41,300 bases of DNA from Planctomycetaceae bacterium (GTDB taxonomy: Bacteria; Planctomycetota; Phycisphaerae; Phycisphaerales; SM1A02), in the NCBI GenBank assembly GCA_002737585.1, contig NSIA01000077.1:1-41300 (forward strand), in the 5' to 3' direction. Both the position numbers and the translations under genes were made by a program. Within the stretch, counting starts at the first letter, position 1, and each line of letters opens with the position of its first letter. Below the pieces are notes generated by a model. That model was not told where the DNA came from, made no database searches, and saw only the letters and a list, made by a program, of their open reading frames with translations. Shown piece by piece: positions 41,127 to 41,300 of the stretch.

Positions 41127-41300
41127 TCACTGCACTGGCAATTTCGCAATCATTTCGTCCACTTTCGCCAGCCGCTGGCCATGCCGGGCGACCGTGGGCT
41201 CCAAGAGCATGAGCGCCTGAATGTGCAGCCGCGCGGTCTGCAAGTCCCCCGCCTCAACGGCAATGGCAGCCACAAACTCGCGTGCCGCTGGGTCGTACGC
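41127..41300 (-). CDS. 3' end of an upstream gene (helical, TPR-like tail); the 5' part lies outside the window
   Basis: The minus frame is open from the window edge. It reads 'AYDPAAREFVAAIAVEAGDLQTARLHIQALMLLEPTVARHGQRLAKVDEMIAKLPVQ*' with the stop at 41127-41129. It is not in the ORF track because there is no in-window start. The call is from composition only. Confidence 0.4.
   Translation of the reverse strand, partial: AYDPAAREFVAAIAVEAGDLQTARLHIQALMLLEPTVARHGQRLAKVDEMIAKLPVQ

Overview
This 41.3-kb window looks like ordinary core chromosome from a moderately high-GC diderm bacterium. Several traits suggest a Planctomycetota/PVC-like lineage, by inference only: a PEP-CTERM tail, dockerin-type C-terminal repeats, an FG-GAP propeller protein, a TIGR02999-like ECF sigma factor, a TPR-tailed Ser/Thr kinase and a fused AroD-AroE. 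I call 33 protein-coding genes, two of them cut by the window edges. I also call one tRNA-Ala(GGC), one TPP riboswitch upstream of thiC, several intrinsic-terminator hairpins and four blocks of short tandem repeats. Most genes are housekeeping: trxA, gabD, mscL, fumC, folP, gpx, aroC, aroD-E, phhA, thiC, pepP and an OMF-MFP-RND efflux operon. Signalling genes are scattered among them: an FHA-GAF-HD-GYP protein, an orphan STAS protein, an STK-TPR kinase, an ECF sigma factor, a small GAF protein and a tandem-Lrp regulator. I saw no transposase, integrase, phage gene, CRISPR array or recognisable defence or toxin gene. The tRNA is not flanked by an island. I therefore did not find a compelling, self-contained novel system. 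Six leads look most worth following. (1) A translationally coupled gpx / unknown 582-aa exported protein / folP operon. (2) A GT-C-like membrane protein carrying two Gly-Pro repeat inserts built from DNA tandem duplications. (3) An integrin-like FG-GAP protein with a duplicated 8-Cys module, a PPC-like domain and a dockerin pair, next to a second dockerin-tagged protein. (4) An ECF sigma factor with a disordered N-terminal extension and no anti-sigma gene, plus a matching STK about 6 kb away. (5) A compound pentanucleotide microsatellite between convergent genes. (6) An FHA-GAF-HD-GYP fusion. All functional calls come from reading motifs in the supplied translations. No database search was run.
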